Source: Bugula neritina
Taxonomy: Eukaryota; Animalia; Bryozoa
Assembly: GCA_964035545.1 (NCBI GenBank)
Contig: OZ037765.1
Coordinates: 8,566,698 to 8,630,697 of the forward strand
Direction: 5' to 3'
DNA: 64,000 nt
The first letter of the stretch is position 1; the number at the start of each line of letters is the position of its first letter. Below, in pieces: positions 13,555 to 26,370 of the stretch. A program made the translations under genes and the position numbers. The notes beneath the pieces were generated by a model, which made no database searches, had not been told where the DNA came from, and saw only the letters and a list, made by a program, of their open reading frames with translations.

Positions 13555-16043
13555 TCATTGGTTCAGCTCTCGTAGAGCTGCGTTTAACTTGAGTATATCC
13601 ACCATAGTCATTCCAAGGTCTTGTCTCACCATTGGATAGAAAGCATCTGGAGACCTGACCTGAATGGTCACCATCTCTGCCAGCAGTTTACCATTTACTT
13701 CACCAAGTCTAAGGAGAACGAAATTGAACATCATATTTAACAGGCGAGTAGCTGTTGAGATGTAAATACATTAAAGACATAATCTGAAGATGTGAGAAGT
13801 ATAAATGTGCTTAATACTTGTGCCTCTTTTAATCACAGTGCACATCTATATATTGTAAAATAATTTCATCCACTAGGGTTCGAACCGCAGACTTCCAGCT
13901 TGCAAGATAGCCTGCCAACTATTATACCACAGGGGCTAATGGGAAATCTCTAAACTACGTACCGTATATCAACATATATACCTAAATTTGGTAGTAATAT
14001 ATATTATATGCATTATACATACTTTTTAGCATATTTGTCCAAACCCATATTTTTTAACCAGGCATTAACTTGCTGGACTGACCAGCTTGCACATTTTAGG
14101 TGACTAGCATTCAACTGTGAGCCGTCGCTAAAGTCTGGCTTAGACATAGACATCGGTGCAGACCCTTGCAGAGGAAGTTCAGATGAGGGAACAATGTCTC
14201 TAGCTGGATCTTCAGCTGTAGTTTAAATTTTATGCAACGTTAGTAAATAAATTAATAAATGATACATACTAAGCACTGCACACATGTGCTGTGTGATACA
14301 GAAATGCAGCTTTAGCATGCAAAATGCAATTATATAATATTCATGGACTTAAATCATAATATTCAATACATTACATTATATTATAATACATCATATTTAT
14401 AAACAGCAAAAATTCATGGGCTTAAATCATAATATTCAGTACGTTACATTACATTACATCTTTTTGTAGATGAATATGCTAAATGATAGACGCAAGTTCT
14501 ATATAAGCATTGTGAAATAATTTTAAGCAAGCAAGTTCAAAGCTTACGTTCTCCAGGTAAAATTTTCGCTTCACTGCCAAGGGTAGTGATCAGTTCGGAT
14601 ATTTTTTGCTCATACTCTTGGCGCTTGGTGAGGTCATAAAAGAAGATTCCAGCAAGCATAAAACCAAGCCACCCCTCAGGTCTGTACTTAGGTTGTAGTC
14701 TCACTGGAACGATTGTAATTCCTCGTGTGTTGGCATAGGAAATTTCTAAAAATAGCAAAACTTCCTAATAATTTTAAAAAAAAAGTTTATGTGGTAGTGA
14801 ATGTAAGTGGATGCTCCTTGCTGAAATAAAGAAGTAGGCAGCTTAGTGTTCCTTTTCAAATGAATCTCCACATTTTACATAAAACGGAGTTAGAAAAAAA
14901 TTGGGGAGTTTAGGTCTAGTAAATTATGGCCAGTACCATTAAAATATATATTACATGAAAAGATACAGATTAATGGGAAGTCAAAAGCACTTGAGAAGCA
15001 TATTATTGATTATAAAATCTCGTTGCCTATTACCTTGCCTACAGGGGTTGCTGGCTGGATACTTTTCTGTCAGCACTGGTATGATGTGAGAAGAGTTCTC
15101 TACAGCCTTAGCCATGGCTACATTAGTGTCGCTATTCTTGTCTAAAAGTTTATCATTATGATGTGTTTATACTGATACAGAGATAGGTAAATGTGTATCA
15201 CGCATGCTGCATATATATAATCACTTCTTAACTTTATTCCAAGTCTTATTCTATTATGCTTAAAAGCAAATTTCAACAAATAGCTTATAGAATTCATTTC
15301 AGTCTTCGGATATAAATTCTTTTTCTGCAAATTGTTAAAAATGTTGCTGCATTTTCAAGTATAGGCTGTATACCATACACAGCTGTACATGTATGACCTG
15401 ATTTATTTTAATAAAGTGTCAAGAAAAGCATGTTTATGACTCACGCATTTGCTCCACATCAATCCAAACTCTCAGCCCAGCCTCTTTTAGTTTCTTTCTG
15501 AGCTGGAGCACTTCTTTCTGGACATCCCATTGATAACTTATCATTATGTGTTTAATTTTTTCTAAAACAGATTACCTCATAAACAACGTGTTCTTTATAA
15601 TTAAATTTAAACAGTTATCTACATGTAAATAGAAATAATCACAAACTCATTTGCTTTAAGTGAAAACAACCAAACAACGTTGCCATCATGCAGGTAGAAT
15701 TAAATGAGATGTTATAAATTATGATGATACAGTTGATTATATTTGTTTTCTTAGGTACTATAGCACTTATTTCAGTTGAGTTCTTGTTTTTAATTGTAGT
15801 GTTAAATAACACTTGCTTTTGCAACTATTTCCCATAACTTGGATTTTGCAAAAGATAGCAACTTTTGCCCATTTCTATGCTTACTGCTGGCTGCTTGCGT
15901 CTCTCCGCCAGTTTTCTTAGATTCTTGCAAGTATTTAGATTCTCCTTCAATTTTCCAAAGAGCACCAGTAGCAGCTCCTTTCACTTCAGCATCAGCTGAC
16001 TTGGAAAGCTTTTTCAAAGCTGAAACACACAAGCACCCACTAT

Positions 16044-16117
<74 letters not shown>

Positions 16118-19100
16118 GTATCTATATTTATTAACTCAATACAGAAACTTAAAAAGTAGGTACTATTCAAGAATACAAATACATTAGATCAACAATTTTT
16201 GAGCCAATGCTATAATTATGTAATTTGTTTCTTCATATAGTCTAATGCCTAAGCATATTCTTATAACTACACTGTGCATATTGATTGTGAACATTTTGAA
16301 AGACAGACATGCTTTATTAAAAGATTTGTGAATTCAAAAATATATACATTCATTTAGCTTTTACACCAACGTCTCTTTCTTTTGTTACATAAAATTCAAG
16401 TTTAAAACTAATAGCTGTTCCGTTGCTGATTTATTGAAGGCCCCATAGAATAAGGTGTGAGCAGATCACACATAGGCTTCAGCAGCATTAGCAGTTCACT
16501 GTAATTTTGGTTGACTTTGTCATTATTCTAACTCACATTTAGGCCCACAATATGATTTAAATTTTTCCGTTTATTACTTTTTTTTAAATGAAATGATAAA
16601 ATGCAATCAATCTATTGGATAGTGGTAGCTTATCAACTATTGGAATCCAAATATCACACGCTGCATATTTATTTACTTTCATCCTTACATTACACAGAAA
16701 TGCATAAGAATTAGAATATGATATAAATTATAAACAAATCACATGCAGAGCTCTATGTTGAAAATCGCTCAATATGCAGCTAATAACGCATATTGAATAT
16801 TGCTTAAGCTTGTAACTCAATTCATATATAACTTACTCTCTAGCAGATGTGGCTCGCTGCTAATTTTTTGTTTGCTGTTTTCATCAAAAGCTAAGGTCCA
16901 CACACCATGAGCTGCACATTCTTGGAGAGGGGGGTTGTCTTTCCTCATCCCATCAAGATAGTAAGGCAGAATACCAGCGTCTACGAGTCGCTGCTTGTTG
17001 CTATCTATCACTGCGATGTTATTAAGGCCTACAATCAGCTCTTCAGCATTGTATCCATACAGCTTAGAGCGTTCATTTGGTTGACTCAAAGCATCCTTCA
17101 GGACTGTAATAAGAAACTTGATATCGTCTTCTCCTAACTCTAACACTGATTTCTCTTTGTCGTTGTTTTCCGACAGTAAGTAAGAGTACGCCAACATAGC
17201 CTTAGCTTTCAGTGTAGCTGTTCCACTATTTCTGTATTTTCCGATTATTCTCAGGGCATCTTTTTCTCGAAGGTCACTTATCGAATTATCATGTTTGTTG
17301 CAGAAGTTATGTAAAATACCCAGAATTGCTTTCACAACTTTGTGTTGAGGATGGGTGGCTGCTACCTCAATGGGAAACAAGTGGCTATCTAATGCTTCTA
17401 AAAGAAACGGTATTGTGTTTTCATACAACGGTAGTAATGTTTCTGGAAGTTTCATGTCACTTCCGTTCCAAACAATAACAAGCACGTGGTAGCAGTTTGT
17501 AAGTGCATCGACGATGCAAGAGTTGTTCTTAGCAAGCTCCTGCCACTGTTGTCCATTGTCGCTACATCCACCAGGTTCCTTCTTGGATTTCTCAAAAGCA
17601 CTCATCACTTCTTTCCAATATTTTTTCAAAAGCTTAAAAATTTGGTCTTTGTTGATAAGTTCTTCTAAAACCAGTCTCCTATTTTTATGCTCCTTATTTT
17701 GTGATGGGTACAGGCCTTTGCTTAGCAAACTGCAAAATAGTCATGCTGACTCATTAAAATATGAGAGCTGGTATAACAGTAGACCGCTACAAGATCATGC
17801 AGCAACCTGCAATACTCAGTATACCTCTATATATACATCATACTGTATAAAAAGCAGTTGGTAATTTTTATCAACACACTTGAAATCAGCCAGCAAATAA
17901 TTTGACACCCGAACACTATCACCATCTCATAGTTAAAAATATATCTATTATGCAAATGTATAGTACTTAAGCTATGCACATGATTTGATAGAGAAAACTG
18001 CTGCCAACACCAGATATTTTAATTATAATAAAGGATGCAAGTATATGTATGTATGCAAATAATTTACGACAAACTTGTGACTCTAGAATTTTGGTTTAAT
18101 AAGAAAGAATTTTTAAAATGCACTTGGTAAAACATGACTTACAAGAAATCTTTTTCATAGTTGCTTGCATTTGTTACGAGCTCATCTACTGGCTTAGATA
18201 GCAACAGAGTTAGGGTGTATTTTAGCTCTTTTAGTCTTTGTTTTACGTTGCTATCTGTCACCTTCCATTTAGAAATATAATCATGAGGAATTTGTGCTTT
18301 GGACCCATCAGAAAGACAGGCTGGAGGTGGCATCTCTGGTTCTGTTGGTGGTTTAGGAACAAGTTTTCCATCAGCACCTTCTCCATCAACTGCATCCTTG
18401 TCAGCTGAGTCTGATTGGTTCCTGCCAATTGATGCTTTACCAGCATAACTTGGAGGGCCAGATTTTTTTGTTGTCAAATTTGTTTGTTGGCTCATTTCTG
18501 GTAACTTTTCCATCACACTCTAATAATATTCACATAATCAATAAACATAGTTGGTGCATTATATACGTTATAAGTTGCATTATCTACTGTCAGTGCATGA
18601 GTGATTTGAAGTTGTTAGTAAAATATAATCAATATAGTTAGAGGGCTGTGCAATATCAATATACTTTAGACCTGTGCAAAAATACTTCATACTCTACTAT
18701 TTTTTGGAGATTCTTTAACATTTACCCTCCCCCACCGTGTTGCTAGTATGATATTGATTATTATCATATATATAGGTATATGTAATATGTAATTGATGTG
18801 ATTGACAGTAAGTACTCATTATTGATGCTTTGTGATACTAGCTAGCTTAAACTCTTTTTAGTATGTAAAATACTTTTGTACAAGTGGTTTCTATAAAATA
18901 TAATATATTTATTTGAAATTTTTTTCTACAATTTCTAGTTTAAATACCAACTTTTGCTTCTATAAAAACATGCACTGTAGCTTTTGTGCTTTTTATTGAG
19001 TTTTTATATTTAGTTGTTGCAATGTCCTATTGACCAGAATATTGTTTATAACTTCTATGAAATGTTTTACTAGTGTACTTCAAAAGGCACTCTTGTCCTA

Positions 19101-19392
19101 TACCTAGTTCCCATTCTCAGATCAAAACATACTAGTAATAAATGAGTAGCCATGCAATGATGAAAAAGTTATTTGCACAAAAACATGCCACTAATAACCT
19201 GATCAGCAATGTCTTACAATTGCAAGATGCTGAATAAAAAGACACTAAATTATCTTTTCAACACTAAACCCAAAAGCTTAAAATAAAATTTTAAAAAATA
19301 TATACAATTTGGATTAAACATATTTTTATAATGTAAATTAGTAGCTGATATGAAACTACACACTTTCGTAAACTTACTGATGAACTTCCCAT
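13555..19392 (-). CDS. ARM-repeat + TIR + SAM-like domain protein, paralogue A (predicted N-myristoylated)
   Basis: Exons at approximately 19378-19392, 18143-18519, 16837-17729, 15885-16019, 15446-15561, 15034-15141, 14548-14745, 14023-14216 and 13555-13708; the junctions checked are in phase. ARM: GLNNIAVIDSNKQRLVDAGILP..AAHGVWTLAF, GAATGALWKI. TIR: HIMISYQWDVQKEVLQLRKKLKEAGLRVWIDVEQM..AMAKAVENS..SNPCRQEISYA..IVPVRLQPKYRPEGWLGF. SAM-like: WSVQQVNAWLKNMGLDKY..VNGKLLAEM. Confidence 0.88.
13866..13936 (-). mobile_element. tRNA-like (Ala-TGC loop) SINE head or tRNA pseudogene in an intron
   Basis: The minus strand reads GCCCCTGTGGTATAATAGTTGG...CTTGCAA...GCGGTTCGAACCC: A box, TGC anticodon-like loop and B box, with poor stem pairing. 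Confidence 0.55.
14340..14455. repeat. Short local duplication (~40 bp, two copies)
   Basis: ATTCATGG(A/G)CTTAAATCATAATATTCA(A/G)TAC(A/G)TTACATTA occurs at ~14340 and ~14412. Confidence 0.8.
16047..16112. repeat. (TA)n microsatellite
   Basis: Directly visible; it explains the IYIYIY run in ORF 15802-16170. Confidence 0.98.
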
Positions 19393-20057
19393 TGCTCAAA
19401 AGCTCAAATCGAGATTGTCCAAACTGATGATTGTAGTGTTACTAAGACTTTAGTTTCTAGCAACAGATTTTACTAATTTCTTTCACTAATATAGGATTAT
19501 TTTCTATTGAAATCTTTACACAGTAAAATCAAGTTAATCTAAACAGTTGTGGATGTAAGTTCTAAACCTTCTTACATATAAACAAATAATATAAACTAAT
19601 GGGCACGCAGCTACACACTACTTACTATTTAATAAAAGTAAAACCCTCTGTTTGTATTGCATATAGATCTATATCAAATCAAAATTGAACTAGCTTAGCA
19701 AGAGGTTACAATATGAATATTGAATTACTGAACTAAGAAGAAAATGCTTACTACTTACTAAGCTCTCAATAATAGACTCTGTTGCTAGCCAAGCTAAACA
19801 AACATTAGGCTAGAACAAAAGGTGTGCTAAGTTTGTTCACCAAGGAGATTGTGTCAAACATTATGAGTTCGTTTACTCAATGCAATATAAAAAGCTGCAT
19901 GTTATTATACTGAGTGCATCAGTTGCTTAGCAACAGCTTCCTGTTTACAAGAGAGGATAACTCTTTTATATTATACAGCTTTCTAATTTGCTGATAACCT
20001 GATACAAAACCTGTAGGCCCTACAGTAAAATAATTTCTAATAATTATGATTTAATTT

Positions 20058-20215
20058 TATATATATCACACACACACACACGCACACACACGCACACGCT
20101 CACGCACGTGCACGCACACACACATACATAATATAATTATGTGTATATATGTATATATGTGTATATGTATGCATATAATATGTGCATATATCTATATATA
20201 TGTATACATATGTGT
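20058..20215. repeat. (CA)n / (TA)-(TG) mixed microsatellite between the two TIR genes
   Basis: Directly visible. Confidence 0.9.
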
Positions 20216-21236
20216 ACAATGCTATTACATAATAATACTATTACACAATGTTTATAATAAAAACACATAATAGTTGATTATTAAACCAACATGGTATGCT
20301 TAAATGTTATGCAAATAGATGACAGCAGAAGGTATTCACAAAATGGCCCACAGTGCATTTTTGTCAAAGACTGCATTTAGTTAGGTCTTTAAAACAAGTT
20401 TACAAGTAAGAAAATATTTTATTTCCCAATATATGCATGTGATTTGTTCTAAGTTAGAGACAGTGTCATCAAATATTTTATAGGAATACAGGTTGCAGAA
20501 CATTCTACAGAATTATGTCTAGAACTTAATTAACGGTTTTATTTTGTAGTTGTACCTGATTGTTACAGTAAAATAACATTGACTTTCTACTATTTAGTTG
20601 TTAGCCAAAGCAACAGTATATGCAACGACCATAATGGTAGCCACGATAGTAAGTGGTAGAAAGTAGAATAATGACAGTGCTTATTGTGGTTCTTAATTCT
20701 TTACATGCTTACACCTACACTGCATACACTCTTATAGCTCATTAGCTAATAAAGAATAAATTGGTTATTAATTGGTCAACCCACCACTGCTCTTGAATCA
20801 GATAAAATTTATGGCAAGCTTGTAACTGCTTAAACTATTTCTTGGAAAATTATCAGAAATTTAGATAATGGTTAAAAATAGCGATTTGACCCCTCAGTTG
20901 CAATATTAATCAAAATATAGATAAATTATTCTAATAGCTAATATTGTTGGGGTAACACATAATTTTATATGCTATATGTATGTTACAGTTTATTCACTAT
21001 AAACTTACTTTATTATATCTACTTTTATGTTTTTTTATTACTTTACTCCTTTAATTTTCTTTTAAATTCAACATGCAAATACACCAATGTTTGTATTTAC
21101 TTTCCAAACAATGATAATGTTAAAACATTAATAAAATAGAACATAGTAAAAATTACAAAATATGGTGGCCAACGAGGCATATATTATATTAGTCATGAAG
21201 AGTGCACAAAACATTTTGAAAACAAAATAAAACACA

Positions 21237-24200
21237 TTACATGCAAATAAGTTTTCTAATGGCAAGGTTTAGTCTGAGTAAATGTAACAAAGGCATGTGA
21301 TATTCACTCTTCATTAGGTCATAATACACATCCGGGGACATAACTCTCATTGCTGCTAATTCTGCTAATAATGCACCATCAAAACCTGAAAACCTACAAT
21401 TACAGTAAGATATTTATACATATTTAACAAGCCTTATAGTTGTAATACACAATCATTTTATTATAGCTGCCAATGCCAAAATGCGTACATTTTATGTTTT
21501 AAAATTTATCTGCTGCATAATTATGGCTGATTTCAAACATTCATTAGCATAATAAAAACAGATGTGGTTATCTACTTCTACAATTTGTTTGCCAAACAAT
21601 GAAATTTTGTTTTACTCAATTAATTAAGTAAAAATTGCACAGGTAAAAATGGCACAGGTAATAATGGCACAAATGAAAAAATAGGTAAACATGGCACACT
21701 GATGTTAAATTCCCAAACCCAGACCCCAACCCAAGCCTCAAACCCAAACCTCTCACCCCAAACCCCAATATTGAAAATGTACCATCTTTACCTAATTTTA
21801 CAGTTGTGCTATTATTACCTGTGCCATTTTTATTGTCCCATTATCACCTGTGCCATTTTTACTGTCCCATTTTTACCTGTGCCATTTTACTCACTTATCA
21901 ATGTATTCACTGAGTTGATATTCCGTCAGCCATTGACCAACTCTTTCACTAGTCCAACCCTGACAATTAAGGCTGGCTATATTAAACTCTGCTTTGGACC
22001 CGGTGATTAGTGAGTCGGATCTCTGCAGCAGCGCAGAATATGGCTGTAGTTGCGCAGGCGCCACAGGCAGCGCTGCCGTATTAGCTGCTGACTGAACTAC
22101 CTCTTCTTCTTCCATCTCTATCACTGGGTTTTCATCTATAATTATTTTAGTGTAAAAGGAATGCATTAGGATAATTTTCAAAACATACTTCAAAGAAAAT
22201 ATTGTCACTGCATAAATTTTCAACAGTTCGAGTTTTTTGCTTAAAATTATACTCTTTAAAAACACTGTATATTACTGTGATACCACAATGTCACAAAGTG
22301 TTAGATATAATTAAGCTTATATGAAGCAAAAATTGGTAAAGGGAAAAGTCAGACCTATTATAAAGTTTAAATTAATAATTTGCTTTGTGTTTGGTGTTGG
22401 TGCAAAATCTCAGGTTATTTTATTTCAAAAGAAGAAAAAACAATGTCAAAACTTAATTTAAGGAAAAGCAAAAGTTGTCCATTTGTTTTCGAAAACTTAT
22501 TAATTTATTAATGAAAATCAGAAACAAGACTACCCGAAATATTTTACTACTCTTTGAAACATACCTTCCCCAGGCCTGATCTTCCCATCTTCACCAGCAG
22601 CTTGAAGGAAGCTTTGGAATTTATTTTCGTAATCAGCTTTCTTGGAGAGATCATAGAAATATGTGGAGCCCAAGAGAAAGCCCAGCCAGCCATCAGGGCG
22701 GTATTTGGGCTGAAGGCGAATTGGTATAATCTTCTTTTGTAAGTGGTGAGCATACTCTATTTCTGTTCAAGTTGGAAAATAAAATCAACAACATTTCAAT
22801 TAATATATATAGTAACTGCAGATAAGAATGTCTATGTATATACATATGCATGAGCATACCATCTGTAGGAAGTTTCTAGGCTTTGTATGAGCAAATATAG
22901 TAAACTATACTATGGTAAGTTCTGTATTCATGTATAAGCCATAAGATATTGGCTATAGCTGCTCGGCATGTAACAAATTTGCAATGAGTAATATTACATA
23001 ACTTATGGGCTTACCTTGTCTACCTGCGGAACTAGCTTTGTATTTCTCTGTTAAAATCGGCACAAACAGTGCTGAACTCTCAACCGCCTTGGCCATGGAT
23101 TGGAGAGTAGAACCAGCTACAACAAAGAATATACGTTAGTTAGTGTGGCAATCAAGCAGGGCCTCATAGTTGCATAGGTATAGCTGTTTATTAGTATGAC
23201 ACAGTTGCATTGTTGATTTACACTGCAATGCTGTAAATGACAAAGTATTACCATTAATAAAGTTGACCAACTTACATATAAAATTAAACAACTTTTATAA
23301 TAAATTTTATTGCTATTATTAGGATGCCTATTACATTTTATTACGCCATTATTATTGCAACTTGATTACAATTTGTATAAACCTTCTTGTAACTGCATCT
23401 CAATATACATGAAATGCATGCACTCTAAAAAATGCTACGTACATATTATGCATAAAACAGATTATAAAATGAATTAACTTATATTGAAATGACACAGATT
23501 GTGCAGAACTTGTCAAAATTTCTTATTTAACACCCATCAGTCATTTCATTCAAGTTTTATTTCTCAGTAAAGTTTTTAATATTATGATTATTTATATGAA
23601 TTGAAAATGTCAACCTTTTGAGAGTATAAAAAACTTTACCTAATATTTAATTAAACACACAACTATGTTAAAATATTATTATGTTCTGCATGTGCAATTA
23701 AATCACAAAGTTAAAAACCTTCTGTATATAATATGATACTATTTGCTGAATATCAGACAGGGTTCAGTTGAAGTCACAGCATCTCAAGTTGAATGAAACC
23801 AATTAATTGAGCAAGTCAAGTTGAGTCAAGCAAAGATTTACGGAAGCTTGAGAATTTTATTTGCTCCTGTCAGCAATATTCAAGTCCAGGTGACTTGAAC
23901 CCAACTCTGCTAACAGCTGTGATCAAGTACTTTCACATTTGATAGATTGAGTTGAAAAGAGAAATTAATAGTTTGAGTTCTCATTTGACAGCCTCAGAGC
24001 TATATTTTTAACAAACTTACACATGTGCTCTACATCAATCCAGACTCTGTATCCAGCTTCTTTTAACCTCTTCCTGATCTTGAGTACTTCAGTTTGCACA
24101 TCCCATTGATAGCTTATCATTATGTGTTGAATTTTCTCTAAAATTTAATTATTATACAGAGCAAGAAATTTCATACCTAAGTTTTGTTATTTACCGTGCA

Positions 24201-26370
24201 CACATATACTAAATATATTTGATGCAAAATTTACGATGATGAAAAATATATAATATGATGCTCGCTTTATTATATAATTTATAAGTAGCACCAAAGTCAT
24301 CACACTATCACATCCTCAAAAATATTATACTTTGTAGTTTACAGTGTTGAACTCTTTTTGAATTAAATTATGTAGGAAATTGTTCCTTTATTCCATGTGT
24401 ATTGCAATCAAACAATTTTTTAATTTAAAAACATTATTAGATAATAATCATGCTATTGCAGAGCTACTGTAAAGCCAAATATTTAGGACATTATTTATAA
24501 TACTTCACGTCTATATCTTATTGGAGACATTGAAAAATATCACAGCGTGTAGCTTACAGATTTTTTATGCAATATAGTATACACATGCAGCTTACTTTCT
24601 CCAGTTTCAGCTGAAGTATCGGTCTTTGAGCTAACTTTCTGAAGGCGCTGGGTTTCTCCCTCCACCTTCCAAATCGCACCACCAGCTGCAGATTTTAGAG
24701 CAGGTATTTGACTGTCAGCTAGTTTATGCAGCTCTACAACAAACAATGCAATGTACTAAAGTTGAGGTCATTCAACTATTATATTGATAAGGTTGAACTT
24801 TATGAATAGAATATCAAAATAAGTTGAAATCAATCTGTAAACTTTTACTTAGTAACAAACCTCCCATACAGCCTGGCTCCTGTTTGATCATATTCTTACT
24901 TTCCTCGTCAAAGGCCAATGCCCAGACACCTTTGGCTGCGGCTTCTTGCAACCCTGGTTTGTTTCTACCCAACGCTTCGACATACAGTGGCAGAACTCCT
25001 GCCTTGACTAGTTTACTTTTGTTAGCATCAACTACTGCAATATTGTTTAATCCAGCAATTAATTCGTCTGCATGATAGCCATATTTTCTAGAATGTTCAT
25101 TGGTATTGTTGAGAGCATCTCGAAGCACTTTTATGACAAATTCTATGTCAGTTTCGTCCAGTTCAATAATAGCAGTTGTACTTGAACCATCCTGTTCAGT
25201 TAACAGATAAGAGCAACTAAGAATACTCTTTGTTTTAAGAGTACTTGTTCCACATCGCCTGTACTGAGCTGCGATTCGCAGTGCTTCTCGTTGTCTCAGA
25301 TCTGGAAGGCATGTGTCATATTTATTGCAAAAGTTGTGTATGATCCCCAGAGCTGCTGTAACGAGCTTGTGCTGAGGATGGTTTGAATCCACTTCCAGAG
25401 GGCTCAAATATTTGTCCAAACTCTGAAGTATAAATTCAATGACTCCTTCGTATAAAACTTTCAACACTTCATCTATTTTCATATCACTTCCATTCCAAAA
25501 GATTATTAGCAAGTTGTACCAATTCATTAGCGAATGTACTAAATGCTTTTGAGTTTCAGTGAATGATTTCCATAACTGTCCAGCAGTAACAAGTTTTTCA
25601 TCGCAGTCTTGTTTTTTTAACTCAAATTCTTGGACAATAGCATTCCAGTAGTCTTTGGCTAGTTCTATTACACCGCCGTCTATTAGGGCCTGGAGAATCA
25701 GCTGTCTGTTTACATACTTGTTGTTGTGGACCTTGAAGGTTCCTTTGCACAGTAAACTACATGATAAAATAAACTGATATTAGGTGGCATAACATGAAAT
25801 ATTAAACTCTTTTTGTATTATATGTTTTTGTAGCTCACAATAATTATATTCTAATGAGAAGAAAGTTTATAAAGTTATTCCAGCTTTGACAGTTTGAAGT
25901 GTTATATTCCCACATAGTTTTTAAATTTGTGTAGTCAGTTTAAACTTCAACCCAAACAAAAGCCTACATTCAATAAACAAAATAAAACCAAGACAAAACT
26001 GCCAAAGTTATTTATAATATAATTTTTAATTGTGGTATTCCTACAAAAAGCCTAAATATTCAACTCAAAAGTTGCATGCAATAAGGTTAATTAATTACAA
26101 AAACCTAAACAACTCCAAAATTTATACTTGTCACCTTAATTTGACAACTTACTAGAAATCTCTTTCATATTTCTGAGGATTGGAAATTAGTTCTGCCATT
26201 CCCTTATTTTTTAATAGGTTTAAAGTGTAGAGTATCTCAGTAATTCTCTGCTCTTTGTTAGCCTCAGTCACTCTCCATTGGTGAATGTAGTCACGGGGTA
26301 TTTGCTCGTTGGACCCGTCTGTTAGACAACTAGGTGGGTCCCACTCTTCTGTTCTTTTAGGAGCCTTCAT
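21237..26370 (-). CDS. ARM-repeat + TIR + SAM-like domain protein, paralogue B (start codon tentative)
   Basis: Exons at approximately 26153-26370, 24861-25756, 24596-24733, 24021-24137, 23015-23116, 22565-22762, 21895-22136 and 21237-21393, with the same intron layout as paralogue A. TIR: HIMISYQWDVQTEVLKIRKRLKEAGYRVWIDVEHMSGSTLQSMAKAVESS..SSAGRQEIEYA..IIPIRLQPKYRPDGWLGFLLG. SAM-like: WTSERVGQWLTEYQLSEY..FDGALLAEL. TAA at 21237-21239. Confidence 0.88.
21627..21891. mobile_element. Non-autonomous foldback element (MITE or Helentron-like) with modular inverted repeats
   Basis: The left end has tandem GGTAAAAATGGCACA-type 15-mers, the right end has the inverse TGTGCCATTTTTACC-type units, and there is a central (AACCC)-like tract. 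Confidence 0.8.
23755..23911. mobile_element. Degenerate MITE-like element
   Basis: Imperfect inverted termini GGGTTCA..AAGTCAC / GTGACTTGAACCC and internal CAAGT repeats. Confidence 0.4.

Noticed and set aside
13866-13936. Functional tRNA-Ala gene
   Set aside because: The acceptor and T stems pair poorly; a SINE head or pseudogene is more likely. tRNAscan-SE would decide.
21237-21260. C-terminal prenylation (CaaX) signal in paralogue B (..RKLICM)
   Set aside because: The Cys is second from last, not fourth from last.
13555-26370. Calling the TIR genes SARM1
   Set aside because: The domain order is ARM-TIR-SAM with a single SAM-like domain, and the TIR motifs (MISYQW, YRPDGWLG) differ from those of SARM1; no gene symbol assigned.
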